Positions 50,963 to 61,915 of a stretch of DNA of 64,000 nucleotides are shown here, one piece after another. The notes below the pieces were generated by a model. It was not told the DNA's origin, made no database searches, and saw only the letters and a list, made by a program, of their open reading frames with translations. Position numbers and translations under genes: made by a program. The stretch covers positions 128,001-192,000 of the forward strand of contig CAVTLK010000001.1 of the NCBI GenBank assembly GCA_963735595.1, read 5' to 3'. Origin of the DNA: an uncultured delta proteobacterium. Its GTDB lineage: Bacteria > Desulfobacterota > Zymogenia > Zymogenales > Zymogenaceae. The first letter of the stretch is position 1. Every line of letters starts with the position of its first letter.

Positions 50963-51761
50963 TCAGTCCTCGATGATTGTCGAAATACGTTGAATGGAGC
51001 GCGCCCAGCCGGTGCCGGGATCGATATCGCAGATAAGGGCGTCGACGCGCGCACGCCCTTCGGCGGTGCGGGCAAAGCTCTTGACGGACGTGGTAAACCG
51101 CTTGATCTCCCCGTCCTTTTCGAAACCGACGACGGAGTCATAGGCCCCGATCATTCCTATATCGGTTATAGACGCGCTGCCGGTTTTGCTGATTTGTTCG
51201 TCGGCGGTTTGCACCAGGGTCCCGGTTCCGACCAGAAGGCTAATCATGCCGTCCAGGTGATACCGCATTGCCACCTTTTCCGCGCTGGGGATCGCGCAGA
51301 AATCGATAACGGTAACGCGGGCCCTGGACGACACGTCCCTGAGCAGGTCATGGATGATCGGGAAGGGATTATCGGGGAGTATCCTTCCGATAAAGGTGTA
51401 TCCCGAGAGATTAATCAGGCCGACGGGAACCTTATCAGTACCGACATCGGTGATCAGGACGCCCCGTCCGGGGTTCATTCGGGGCAGGTTGATGGGGCGA
51501 AGGATATCATGACGTTTTTCTATGGCCGATTCGAGGTCGCTCTGCGCCCATACGTTCTGGCCCAGCGTGATTGCATCTACGCCCGCGTCCACTAGTTCGG
51601 CCGCGATATCTCCGGTAAGTCCCGAGCCCTCGGCCGCGTGGTCGGCGTTGGCTATCGTCAGGTCAGGCTTCCCGTTTTGGGCTATGAAATCTGAAAGGAA
51701 GCGGACGGCTGCCGATCTGCCCGGTCTTTCCTACGATGACGCCGAGAAAGAGGATCTTCAT
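50963..51761 (-). CDS. YmdB/TIGR00282-like metallophosphoesterase homologue with substituted metal ligands; frameshift near 51720
   Basis: MKILFLG, RPINLP, DNPF, SAEK, VQTADEQ, ITDIGMIG scaffold. Confidence 0.8.
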
Positions 51762-52570
51762 GACCGTCCTTCTATGAGCTGCCCGGTGGATAGATCGAGC
51801 GCGCGTCACGGTACCGTTCTTTTTGAAGAAACCAAGGTTGACGGCGTGCGTCCGGCCGATCCTCATGCTCTGTCGACTCGGGTTATGGACGTGGCCGAAG
51901 AAGGCGTAGGCGGGGTGATAAGGTGTTAATGTAGTCCAGACAGGGCGTCGCTGGCCGGCTCCTGTCGTTTTGCGAACAACGTCGTAGGTCAGCTCCGGTA
52001 TCATCGGCGGTATGTGGGTGACAATGATATCGACGGGTCCCAGCGAAAATATCCGCTGTCGGAAGGTGTCGGCGGGGATCTCTCCGGCAAGTCCCATGGT
52101 GCGGTGGCCCTCGGGCATCCCGGATACAAGGCCGATCGAAAGGCCTCCGTTTTGACGATTCCCGATTCGACAATCCGGGCCTTTCCGTCGAGCTTCGTTT
52201 TCAGAAATCGAGGGTAGTCATCGTTACCGAAGATGATGATAGGTCTTACGCGAGAGGGTACGCGAGAGACGTTCGTAGGTATCCTCGATGAGGGGGCGGA
52301 CCCGCTCGTAGCGCTGATGTCCCGGTGTCGATATCTCGCGGATACCCTCGCGAACCCGGTCAAGATTTCCCCGGGCGTACTCCTTGAGGCCCTCGGCGAG
52401 CTTCTCCGGGGTAAATGCGTGGTAGAGGATGCCCTTGGTGATGTCGGTAAAATCCATGAAGTTGAGGAGATCCCCGGCAATGAAGAGGATATCGTCGGCG
52501 GAAACGAGACCGGAAGGGCTCGAACTCGCCGTGTATGTCGCCCGCAAAGACGAGGGTTTTGATCGTCCAT
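51758..52570 (-). CDS. Icc-like metallophosphoesterase; several frameshifts
   Basis: DIHG, AGDLLN, FGNDD, VTHIPP and FGHVH motifs across frames. Confidence 0.75.
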
Positions 52571-52650
52571 CGCCGATCGCTCCGTGAGGTAATGCGGCAT
52601 TGTAACCTATTTTCGTGCGCGGGGTATACGAAAAAAAGGGTCGATCGGCT

Positions 52651-54796
52651 TTATCCGAGACCGACACGCGATGCCGATACGATAGGCGACGAATGCAACG
52701 ATCCACGCCAGGACAAGCGAATAGCCGACCGAAAACGACGCAATGGTGGGAGAGGTCTCTTTCTGTATGGCCGCGATAGTGGCCAGACAGGGGGTGTAGA
52801 GGAGGACGAAGACCATGAAGGCGTAAGCGGCCGCCGGCGTCCATCCGCCGCGGATCATCGCGTCCCGATGGAATCGTCTCGCCCGTGCCGTACAGCACGC
52901 CGAAGGTGGAAACGACGATCTCTTTGGCGACGAATCCCGAAAGAAGCGCCACCGACGCCTGCCATGGAAAACCGAGGGGAACGAAGATCGGTTCTATCCA
53001 GAAGACCGATTCTCTCAAGGTAGGTCATGGAATCCGGCCGGACGTCCCGTTGGAGACCGGCCCAAATCCGTACGGGAGGCAGCGGGCATCGTTCTGGAGT
53101 CCCGGGTGGACGATTGTCTCTTCGGCCGTGGTCTTTGCCGGGTGCGGGTGGATTGCCCCGATCCGGGGCCGCGGGATAGGTAGAGAGAAACCAGATTACC
53201 ACCGCTCCAAGGAGAATAACGGTCGTCATCTTTTTCAGGAACAGGGAACCTTGTTCCCACATATGGATCAGCGTCCCCCGAAGCGTTGGGAGGCGGTACG
53301 GCGGAAGCTCCATGACGAAGGGAGGATTGTCGCTCCGGAAGATCGTCTTTTTGAAGAGCCTGCCGATGACAAAGGCCAGGACGATCCCCAGGAGGTATAT
53401 GGAAAATATGACGTTTCCCGCATGGCGGGGGAAAAATGTTCCGGCAAGCAGGATATAGACCGGCAGCCGGGCGCTGCAGCTGACCAGCGGATTAATGAGT
53501 ATGGTGATAATACGGTCCTGTTTCGATTCAAGGGTGCGGGTGGCCGCGATGGCCGGGACGTTGCACCCGAATCCCATGATCATCGGAATGAAGGACTTGC
53601 CGTGGAGGCCGAGCTTGTGCATGACCCTGTCCATGATAAAGGCGGCGCGGGCCATGTAGCCGGAGTCCTCGAAAGATAGAGATGATAAAATAGAGGATGA
53701 AGATGTTTGGAACGAAGACGGCCACGCCGCCGACACCGGGAACGATACCGTCGGCCAGAAGGCTCGAGATAACGCCCGCGGGAAGGGCGGTGCGGAGGGA
53801 AATCACCGAGCCCGTCGACACCGGCGCGATCAGGCGGGTGGGATACTGACCAATGGTGAACGTGAGCTGAAACATCACCCAGATAGAGAAAAATAGTATC
53901 GGAAAACCGAGCAGGCGATGGACGAGTACGGCAGTCGATTCGCCTGGTAATGTCGATCCGGGGCCTCTTTTGTCGTTTCACCGATTCCCTGACGGCCCCG
54001 GCCACGAACCCGTAACGCCGATCAACGATGAGGCCCGATGGGTCGTCGCCGAAGCGGGACTCGATCGTCTGCTTGGCATGGGATGCCGCCGAAAGGGCCT
54101 CCGTGGCGGTTGTGGTTTCTTTTCCGACGAGCGCCTGGATCGCGGCGTCTTCTTCCAGGAGCTTGAGGGCGGTCCAGCGCGAGGAATGCGAGGTTGAGAA
54201 GGACGTCGTCCTTCTCGAGCACGGATTCGAATCGTTTCGATTTGCCGTTCAATCTCCTTGACGTGGCGGACCTCAACGCGCCTCTGGGCCGGTTTGGGCT
54301 GCCGGGCGATCGCCACGACGGCCTGAACAGATTCTCCAGTCCTTGCGCCGTCGTCCCGACCAGCGGGGACGATCGGGGCGTCGAACAGCTCCGAAAGACG
54401 ACGGTATCGATGATCAATCCGTTGTCGTGGGCGAGGTCCGTCATGGTGAAGGCAAGAACGAGCCGTGTGTCCAAGCTCGATCAGCTGGGTGGTAAGATAG
54501 AGGTTACGCTGCAAGGTTGGACGCGTCCACGACGTTGATGATGACGTCCGGCTTCTGCTTCAGGATAAATTTCGGGCGATAATCTCTTCGATCGAATAGG
54601 CCGTGAGGCTGTAGGTTCCCGGCAGGTCTATGATGTGTATCGTATAGTCCTTGTAGGTGACATGACCTTCCTTCTTATCGACGGTCACTCCGCCCCAATT
54701 GCCGACCTTCTGCCGGGAACCGGTCAGGCGATTGAAGATCGTTGTCTTCCCCGCGTTGGGATTGCCGGCAAGGGCAACGGTTATCCCCTGCGCCAT
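52651..54796 (-). CDS. feoB: Ferrous iron transporter B; many frameshifts
   Basis: [71 protein letters not shown]. Confidence 0.9.
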
Positions 54797-55080
54797 CGGT
54801 TCCTCCGTCCCCGCCCGCGGGGCGGTTCGGCCAATACTGACGGTTCGTGATCGGAAAGCGGGGATACTACCTCAACCATCGCGGCGTCGGCCCGCCGAAG
54901 GCTTACATGGTATTCCATAATGATGAATTCGACCGGGTCTCTGAGGGGTGCGTATCGCTGGACAAAGACCGTTTCACCGGGAACGAAGCCCATTTCCATG
55001 AGCCTGCGCCTGAACGGCCCGGATCCCCGTATATGGATGATATGCGCAAAATCACCTTCTTTGATATCTCTCAGCGTCAT
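54781..55080 (-). CDS. feoA: Ferrous iron transport protein A
   Basis: RRRLMEMGF.PG...APLRDP...SLRR. Confidence 0.88.
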   Translation of the reverse strand: MTLRDIKEGDFAHIIHIRGSGPFRRRLMEMGFVPGETVFVQRYAPLRDPVEFIIMEYHVSLRRADAAMVEVVSPLSDHEPSVLAEPPRGRGRRNRWRRG

Positions 55081-55122
55081 TTTTGGGTCTCCGCGGAGAC
55101 GTCAAATGATAAGGCAAAACTA

Positions 55123-55175
55123 ATATAGTTAGACACGACTAACTGTATCTTATACCGCCACGAAATCGTTGTCAA
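55123..55175 (-). promoter_or_regulatory. feoAB promoter with overlapping palindromic operator
   Basis: TTGACA-N17-TAAGAT (-); AGTTAG-N6-CTAACT palindrome at 55127-55144. Confidence 0.6.
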
Positions 55176-55279
55176 GACTATTAATCGAATGGATGCCCGA
55201 AATAGAATGAAATCCGTGGACCCCGTTCGTATACGGAGGCTGCTTGACAATGGACGGGTCGTCGGCTACAATTGCGGCC

Positions 55280-55997
55280 ATGAAACGGTTCATCTTCATC
55301 GTAGACGACTTCGGTATTTCGCCGGAGGTAAACCGGGCCGTCGATCTGGCATATCGCGCCGGCGCGGTTAAGTTCGTCTCGCTCATGGTATCGGGGAACG
55401 CGGCCCGCGAGGCGGTGGCGATGGCCCGTGAATGCCCGGGAATGACCGCGGGGCTGCACCTTAAGGTCGACGACCTGATCGGCGTCGATCACGGAGTTTG
55501 GGCCGGAGAGAGGTGTCCCGCCCTATCGGACCTCGTCAACAAGCCATCGCTGCGCGATGCGGTACGTCATGAGTGCGAGCGACAGATCGAGGCCTATTTC
55601 TCTCACGGGTTTTCCCCGACATTTCTGAACAGCCACTTTCATATTCATGCAATCCCATCGCTTTCGGATATCTTTATCGACCTAGCCGCGGAGCACGGAT
55701 TCGGCTTTATGCGTTTCTCTCCGCACGATCCGCTCCTGGTACATCCCGATCTGGCGATTTCGGAAGAAGACCTCGAAACGATGGCGGCGAAGACTCGCGG
55801 ATAGGGGTATTGGCCACGCCGATTGGTATAAGCCGACGTTCTGCTATTTCTACCCGCCCGAGCTTTCGGCCGGGTTGACGGAGATCGCGTTTCACCCGGC
55901 GTGGGGAGATTCGGATATCGGGCACTTCGACCTGGCGCGGCTCCTTTCGTGGGGAAGCATACTTAAATCCGGGGGCGGCAGGGACGTCGAAATATGA
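55280..55997 (+). CDS. ChbG/HpnK (YdjC) family deacetylase; frameshifts near 55800-55860
   Basis: DDFG...NRAV, SLMV, GLHL, NSHFHIH, later FHPA. Confidence 0.8.
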
Positions 55998-56003
55998 GAA
56001 GAA

Positions 56004-56375
56004 ATGAACCGGTCAAAACAGGTATTTGAAGAATATGTCAGGCGAGCTCTCGAAATGCTTCCGGAGGAGTTCCGGGAGCGCATGGACAATATCGCCATTT
56101 CCGTGGAGCCGTACCCAACCCGGGAAGACCTGCGGTCGGTGGGTTTAACAAACAAGCGGCACCTCCTGGGTATCTTCCACGGCATTCCCTTCAACAGCGT
56201 CAGCCCCTTCTATTCCGGGCCGGTAATGCCGTCTGAGATCGTGCTGTTTCAGAAGAACATCGAGGCGATAGCGGAAACGGAAGAAGACCTGGTCGACGAA
56301 ATCCGTATCACGCTGTTGCACGAGATAGGCCACTATTTCGGCATGGACGATGATGAGCTCGAACGGTATCAGTAA
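56004..56375 (+). CDS. Zincin-like metallopeptidase family protein
   Basis: LLGIFHG, IVLFQKNI, LLHEIGHYFG. Confidence 0.85.
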   Translation: MNRSKQVFEEYVRRALEMLPEEFRERMDNIAISVEPYPTREDLRSVGLTNKRHLLGIFHGIPFNSVSPFYSGPVMPSEIVLFQKNIEAIAETEEDLVDEIRITLLHEIGHYFGMDDDELERYQ

Positions 56376-56579
56376 CCGCGTCGGTAACCGCAATATTCTA
56401 CGGTTAGCCGGGCGAAATCGGTTCAAGACGGCAGCGAATATACTATCGCGTAGGAATCCGTAACAATCTCTTGACGTGCTGAAGTCGGTATATTAGGATA
56501 TCATAACAAAAGTTTCTGATTATATCTGCCAGCTCCGGTATAGATCGGTTTGCTCGTTTGTCGTTTTTGGAGGCATACC

Positions 56580-57470
56580 GTGAACACGACACTGCTATCG
56601 GAAGAGAAGGTCATTATAACCGCAGCCATCACGGGGGGCATCCATGGCAAATGGGCCAATGCCGCCCTTCCGGTTACCCCGGAAGAGCAGGCCCAGGACG
56701 CCCTTGACTGCTACAACGCGGGGGCGGCGGTGCTCCACCTCCACGTCCGTGGCGCCGATGGTCAGAATACACCCGATCTGGATATTTATAATAAGGCAAT
56801 GGGGCTCATCGGGCAGAAGTGCCCCATCATCCGCCAGATTGGAAACGGGATCGGCGCTCAGTTGGACGAGAAGGGCGCTATTATCAACGCGACGCTCGAG
56901 CAGCGGCTCAACCTCCTTAATATAAATCCGGCTCCGGAGATGCATACGATAAACGCCGGTACTTTCGAATTCAGGACAAAATATGGCGGCGCGGTCTTCA
57001 ATAACCCCCTGGCATTCAACGAACAGTACGTCAGGAAATGCCGGGAAAAAGGGTTCGGGATAGAGATCGAGGTTTACGACGCAAGTCACGTCTCCAACAT
57101 GGTAGAGCTCTATGATATGGGAGTTCTCGCCAGGCCGCTCCATTTCAGTATCGTTCTGGGAATCATGGGCGGGGCCCCCGCCACCCCGGCAAATCTCTTC
57201 CACATGCTGGGCCAGCTGCCGGAAGGTTCGACCTGGCAGGTAGTGACCATCGGGAAATACCACCTCAGGAGCACGATTATCGCCATGTCGATGGGAGGAA
57301 ACATCAGGACCGGCCTCGAAGATACCCTTCACTACCGAAAGGGAGAGCCCGCCAAGGGCAACGCGCAACTGGTCGAACGGATGGCGCGGATAGCAAGAGA
57401 TATCGGCAGGGAGCCGGCTACGGTCGAGGAGGCGCGCGTGATCCTCGGACTTTCGGGAGCTTCCGCTTAA
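56580..57470 (+). CDS. Beta-keto acid cleavage enzyme (BKACE/Kce, DUF849)
   Basis: IITAAITG, LPVTPEE, AGAAVLHLHVR, IRTGLEDT. Confidence 0.9.
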   Translation: MNTTLLSEEKVIITAAITGGIHGKWANAALPVTPEEQAQDALDCYNAGAAVLHLHVRGADGQNTPDLDIYNKAMGLIGQKCPIIRQIGNGIGAQLDEKGAIINATLEQRLNLLNINPAPEMHTINAGTFEFRTKYGGAVFNNPLAFNEQYVRKCREKGFGIEIEVYDASHVSNMVELYDMGVLARPLHFSIVLGIMGGAPATPANLFHMLGQLPEGSTWQVVTIGKYHLRSTIIAMSMGGNIRTGLEDTLHYRKGEPAKGNAQLVERMARIARDIGREPATVEEARVILGLSGASA

Positions 57471-57491
57471 CGATCCGACAGGACGAATGGT

Positions 57492-58304
57492 ATGATGCAG
57501 AAGAAGGCCCGATTCAAGGGCAGGGTCGTATGGATTACCGGGGCGTCTTCCGGGATTGGGGAGGCGCTTGCCCGCCGGTTTAACGAGGAGGGCGCTCGCC
57601 TTATCCTCTCCTCAAACGAGCCGGGCGAGCTCAAGCGGGTGAAGGCGCGTCTTACCAACGGCAAGGCGGAAACCATGCTCTTGACCCTTGACCTCAATAA
57701 ACCCATGACCATCAAGCCCAAGGCACAAAAGGCGCTGGACCGGTTCGGCCATATCGACCTCCTCATCAACAACGGAGGGATCAGCCAGCGCTCACTCGTA
57801 AAGGATACGTCGCTTTCGGTTGACATAAAAATCATCAACACCGATTTCCTGGGCCACGTTGCCCTGACCAAGGCGGTGTTGCCTTCGATGCTTAGACGGC
57901 GCCAGGGCCATATAGTGGTGACGAGCAGCATCATGGGAAAGATCTATACCCCGCTGAGGTCGACGTATGCTGCGGCAAAACAGGCGCTGCACGGTTTTTT
58001 CGATTCGCTGAGGGCGGAGGTAAGCCGGGATAATATCCGTGTTACGATTGTCTGTCCCACGGGGGTTAAGACGGGCATATCGCTTAACGCGGTTACCGGT
58101 GACGGCACCAAGTACGGCAAGATGGATGAGCTGATGGTCAAAGGGCTTACCGCCGAAGAGTGCGCCGATCGCATCGTCAGGGCCATTGTCGCCGAAAAAG
58201 AAGAGGTCATCATCGGCAGGGGCCTCATCAAGTACTCCGCCCATGTCCGCCGTTTTTTTCCGCGCATCTATTCACTGCTTATCAGACGAATGAAGGTAAC
58301 CTGA
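57492..58304 (+). CDS. Short-chain dehydrogenase/reductase (DHRS7-like)
   Basis: WITGASSGIG, NNGGISQRS, YAAAK. Confidence 0.9.
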   Translation: MMQKKARFKGRVVWITGASSGIGEALARRFNEEGARLILSSNEPGELKRVKARLTNGKAETMLLTLDLNKPMTIKPKAQKALDRFGHIDLLINNGGISQRSLVKDTSLSVDIKIINTDFLGHVALTKAVLPSMLRRRQGHIVVTSSIMGKIYTPLRSTYAAAKQALHGFFDSLRAEVSRDNIRVTIVCPTGVKTGISLNAVTGDGTKYGKMDELMVKGLTAEECADRIVRAIVAEKEEVIIGRGLIKYSAHVRRFFPRIYSLLIRRMKVT

Positions 58305-58389
58305 TGCCGGGCAAAAGCGGCCCGGTTTCCGGTATCTCGGGCGGGGATGAGTATCGTGCGTCCCACACTAACCGATACACTGTAATCGT

Positions 58390-59148
58390 ATGGACGAAAA
58401 GCTGATTGTCTTGATGGGGATTGTGCTGCTCTCGTTCACGTCGCAGGCCCTATCGGGATTCGGAAGCATTATCATCGCGGTAACGCTCGGGTCACATCTC
58501 TACCCCATCAAGGAGCTCCTGCCGGTTCTTGTTCCGCTGGACGTTTTGGTTAACGGCTACCTCGTGGCGCGGCACCGCTCCACGGTAGACACCGGGTTTC
58601 TTGCGAGGAAGATACTTCTTCCGGTGGGCGCAGGTTTTGCCGTGGGGGTTATCATGTTCAGCCTGCTTGACAGCTCTATCCTGAAGGGAGTATTCGGCGC
58701 CTTCGTTGTCGCCATATCCGTGCGCGAGCTGCTGCTGGCAGTGCGGACGGCGGAGCCACGAACGATATCTCCGGTGGGGCGGGCCGGATATCTGGCTCTG
58801 GGAGGGCTCATCCAGGGTGTTTTTGCCTCGGGTGGGCCTCCGGTGGTATACGCCGTCGGCCGGTCTCTCCATGATAAGACAGTATTCCGGAGCACGCTGG
58901 CGGCGCTCTGGTTTTCCGTGAATTCGATCCTGCTGGCGACCTACGCGATGACGCACCGGCTGACGCCGGAGACCCTGAAAGATTCCGCGATTCTGCTGCC
59001 GATAGTGGTGCTGGGTATCGTGATCGGGGAGGTGCTGCACCGGTATATAAACGAGAAGCATTTCAGGATCGTGATATTCTGTATCCTGATCGTCGCGGGG
59101 CTGTCGATACTGGTGCCAATACTACTGCAGGTAGTCGGCGGACTGTAG
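58390..59148 (+). CDS. Sulfite exporter TauE/SafE (TSUP) family protein
   Basis: SGFG, GGPP and FRSTL motifs; ~8 TM helices. Confidence 0.8.
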   Translation: MDEKLIVLMGIVLLSFTSQALSGFGSIIIAVTLGSHLYPIKELLPVLVPLDVLVNGYLVARHRSTVDTGFLARKILLPVGAGFAVGVIMFSLLDSSILKGVFGAFVVAISVRELLLAVRTAEPRTISPVGRAGYLALGGLIQGVFASGGPPVVYAVGRSLHDKTVFRSTLAALWFSVNSILLATYAMTHRLTPETLKDSAILLPIVVLGIVIGEVLHRYINEKHFRIVIFCILIVAGLSILVPILLQVVGGL

Positions 59149-59231
59149 AGGAAGTCGGCGAAGCCTCGCGAGGCGTCCGGCCGGCCTCTATATGTGCCGA
59201 GTATGCTAAGACCTTACGCGCGTCGTCGTCT

Positions 59232-59795
59232 CTACTTTCTCTCTTCAATCATGGCTCCCTCCGGGGCAAACCTCCGTATAGCCTCGATGCTCTTCTTAAT
59301 AGAGGTTCCCATGTAACGGCGGTCAAGCCATAGGGCGTAGTTCGCGTAGTAAATACCCGCGGAGGTGGCCAGGCCCGCCGGGATTTCGGGCGACTGTTTA
59401 AACCGCACCTCCAACCCCACGGCTGCGTCCGGACTGGCCGAGAGCATCCGGTAGCCGATGCCGTATACGGCCTTCTCGAAATATTTCCATTCAAAGAGCC
59501 GCTGCTCGTAACCCATGCCCGTTCCGAAGGAAATACCCTCTGCGGAGACCCGCATCATCACGGGAGGACACAGGAGATAGAGTCCCTCCTTCCAGACGAC
59601 GAGTCCGCCGACCACCACGAAGAAGAGCTTGAAGAAAAAGTAGAGGATCTCCCGGCCCGGGTGGGGCGGATAATTGAGAATCGCCTTGAAAACCAGCGCG
59701 TCCAGCCCGACGATTAGAAAGGCAAGGCCGATAATGAAAAAGAAGAAGAGGCTCAACCGGAATACCTTGACCTCGAAGACACCTTGACTGCTCAT
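59232..59795 (-). CDS. Hypothetical membrane protein
   Basis: Two N-terminal TM helices, then a soluble domain. Confidence 0.6.
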   Translation of the reverse strand: MSSQGVFEVKVFRLSLFFFFIIGLAFLIVGLDALVFKAILNYPPHPGREILYFFFKLFFVVVGGLVVWKEGLYLLCPPVMMRVSAEGISFGTGMGYEQRLFEWKYFEKAVYGIGYRMLSASPDAAVGLEVRFKQSPEIPAGLATSAGIYYANYALWLDRRYMGTSIKKSIEAIRRFAPEGAMIEERK

Positions 59796-60013
59796 AATCG
59801 GAAACCTACCATACTGTAAAAGGAACGGCGGTACTATAGCACACGCCGGTACAACAGAAAAGGAAATCCGTTACGGGGGAAGGGGGCGCGAAATCCAATA
59901 ACGCCCGATTTGGGCGGTTGAAATCCAAAAGGATATCTGGTATAGTGCAAAACAAATCGGAGGGATCAACACTTACTGCAATCACACGTAACTATACCAG
60001 AGGAGGGTTTACT

Positions 60014-60226
60014 ATGTCGGATGAGAGAGTGGCACGGGTTACCGAGGTTATCTGCGGCTCGTCTGTCAGCTTCGATGACGCAATTAAAAAGGGAATAAAG
60101 CGGGCGTCCCAGACGTTGAGACACATCGTTGGGGTGAAGGTAAAGGAATTCCGTGTTCACGTCGAAAACAACGAGATTGAGGAATACCGGGTCAATATGG
60201 ATATCGTCTTTTTACTCGACGAGTAG
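60014..60226 (+). CDS. Dodecin family protein
   Basis: RBS AGGAGG; VARVTEVICGSSVSFDDAI...RASQTLR...EYRV. Confidence 0.88.
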   Translation: MSDERVARVTEVICGSSVSFDDAIKKGIKRASQTLRHIVGVKVKEFRVHVENNEIEEYRVNMDIVFLLDE

Positions 60227-60305
60227 ATTCGCACCGGGTCGGGGTCACGTGGTCTCACAACCGTTGATCCGGTCGGCGCATGACCCGAGAGACACTTAAC
60301 CTGCC

Positions 60306-60325
60306 GGGGGCCGTCTCAGGCCCCC
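60306..60325. terminator. Hairpin between convergent genes
   Basis: GGGGGCC-GTCTCA-GGCCCCC. Confidence 0.5.
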
Positions 60326-61083
60326 TAAATGCCGGGATCTCCTTTCAATACGCCTACGAGCCGCTCGGGATAGTTGGATAATATCCCGGTAACACCAAGG
60401 GCGGCCATCCGCTTCATCTGTTCTTCGCTGTCAACGGTCCAGACGTTTACGAAGAGCCCGGCCGAGAGGGCAGCCGATACAAGGGGCTCATGGACTGAGC
60501 TGTATTCAGGGTGAAGGCCGTCCGCGCCGGCCAGGCGGGCGGGCGTAATCGGATCTATGAACGCGCCGGAAAAGAGTATTCCGCAGAGTATGTCCGGCGC
60601 GATATCCTTTACGTGACGGATCGTCGCATGGTCGAAGGAAGAGACGATTACCCGGTCGGCGGCGGAAAGATCGTTGAGAATGGCGACGACCTTTTCTTCA
60701 ATCCCCTCGTATATACGGGGGCCGTTCTTGATCTCGATATTCAGGGCGACGTCGCGCCCTTTGACAAGGTCGAGAAGCTCCTCCAGTGTCATGATCGTCT
60801 CGCCGGAAAACCCCGGCCCCATCCACGATCCGAAATCGAGCCGCCTCAAGTCGGCAAGCGTGTAAGAGCTGACTTCGCCTTTTCCGTTGCTGGTGAAGTC
60901 AAGGACCTGGTCATGGATGACGACTATGCGGCCGTCCCCGGTCATGTTCAGGTCGGTCTCTATCATATCGATGTCATAGTCAAGTGCCGACAGAAACGAC
61001 GACCGGGTATTCTGCGGCCGCTTCATCGGGTCTCCCCGATGGGCGACGGCGAGGGGCCGACGCTTCAAGAGTTCTCGTATCAT
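60325..61083 (-). CDS. Glycerophosphodiester phosphodiesterase
   Basis: AHRG, IETD, VIHD, NIEIK, SSFD, VWTVD. Confidence 0.9.
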   Translation of the reverse strand: MIRELLKRRPLAVAHRGDPMKRPQNTRSSFLSALDYDIDMIETDLNMTGDGRIVVIHDQVLDFTSNGKGEVSSYTLADLRRLDFGSWMGPGFSGETIMTLEELLDLVKGRDVALNIEIKNGPRIYEGIEEKVVAILNDLSAADRVIVSSFDHATIRHVKDIAPDILCGILFSGAFIDPITPARLAGADGLHPEYSSVHEPLVSAALSAGLFVNVWTVDSEEQMKRMAALGVTGILSNYPERLVGVLKGDPGI

Positions 61084-61096
61084 GGTTATAGCCCCG

Positions 61097-61915
61097 CTAC
61101 AGGTACGAGTGGAGTCCCGATAGGATAAAGTTCACCCCCAGGAAGGTAAAGACGACACAGAGAAAGCCGATGATAGACAAGACCGCGCTCCTGGTTCCCC
61201 TCCATCCACGGATAAAACGGGCATGAATGAACAGGGCGTAAATGATCCAGGTGATCAGCGACCACGTCTCTTTCGGGTCCCATGACCAGTAAGACCCCCA
61301 GGCGAAGTGTGCCCAGAAGGCGCCGGTTATAATCCCGATGGTCAGAAGCGGCATGCCGGCCAGTATACCCCGGTAGGTCAACTCGTCAAGGGTGTCCCGG
61401 TCGGGGAGTATCCCCCCGGCTCGTTTACGTTTGAAAAGATAGAGGATTGCCGCGACAAACGAGAAGGCAAAAGCGGAATAGGACAGGAAGCAGGTCATTA
61501 CGTGGACCGTGAGCCAGTTGCTCTGCAGGGCAGGAACCAGCGGCCTGATTGAGCGGTCTACGTCGGGAGACAGCGAGGCATAGGCCAAGGCGAGCAGTGA
61601 AAAGGGGGTCATGAAAGCGCCCAGGAACCTATACCCGAAGGCAAATCTGAGCACAAGATAGATAAAGGCGATGACCAGAGAAAAAAAGATAAGGGACTCG
61701 TAGAAATTTGTCAGCGGGATGTGTCCGAAGCCGACCTGATAGCTTTCAATCCATCGTATTACGACGGCAGTAAGGTGCGCGGCAAACGAGATAACGACGA
61801 TGATATCGCCGAGCGTTGCGGCGGTGTCACGTTTTAGCATCCACGAGAGAATAAAACAGATAAAGGCCGCCCCATAGGCGAACGTGACCCAGCTCAGAAT
61901 GACCGGACTCAACAT
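61097..61915 (-). CDS. ccsB: System II cytochrome c biogenesis protein CcsB/CcsA (ResC)
   Basis: PALQSNWL..HV, WGSYWSWDPKETW, GLHSY. Confidence 0.93.
   Translation of the reverse strand: MLSPVILSWVTFAYGAAFICFILSWMLKRDTAATLGDIIVVISFAAHLTAVVIRWIESYQVGFGHIPLTNFYESLIFFSLVIAFIYLVLRFAFGYRFLGAFMTPFSLLALAYASLSPDVDRSIRPLVPALQSNWLTVHVMTCFLSYSAFAFSFVAAILYLFKRKRAGGILPDRDTLDELTYRGILAGMPLLTIGIITGAFWAHFAWGSYWSWDPKETWSLITWIIYALFIHARFIRGWRGTRSAVLSIIGFLCVVFTFLGVNFILSGLHSYL

Noticed and set aside
51700..55900. Heavily fragmented feoB and neighbours as a decayed locus
   Set aside because: Dense indels with conserved motifs in every fragment point to an assembly artefact.
56580..57470. BKACE plus the island kamA as a lysine fermentation pathway
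   Set aside because: They are 37 kb apart, kamDE/kdd/kal are absent from the window, and BKACE substrates are diverse.
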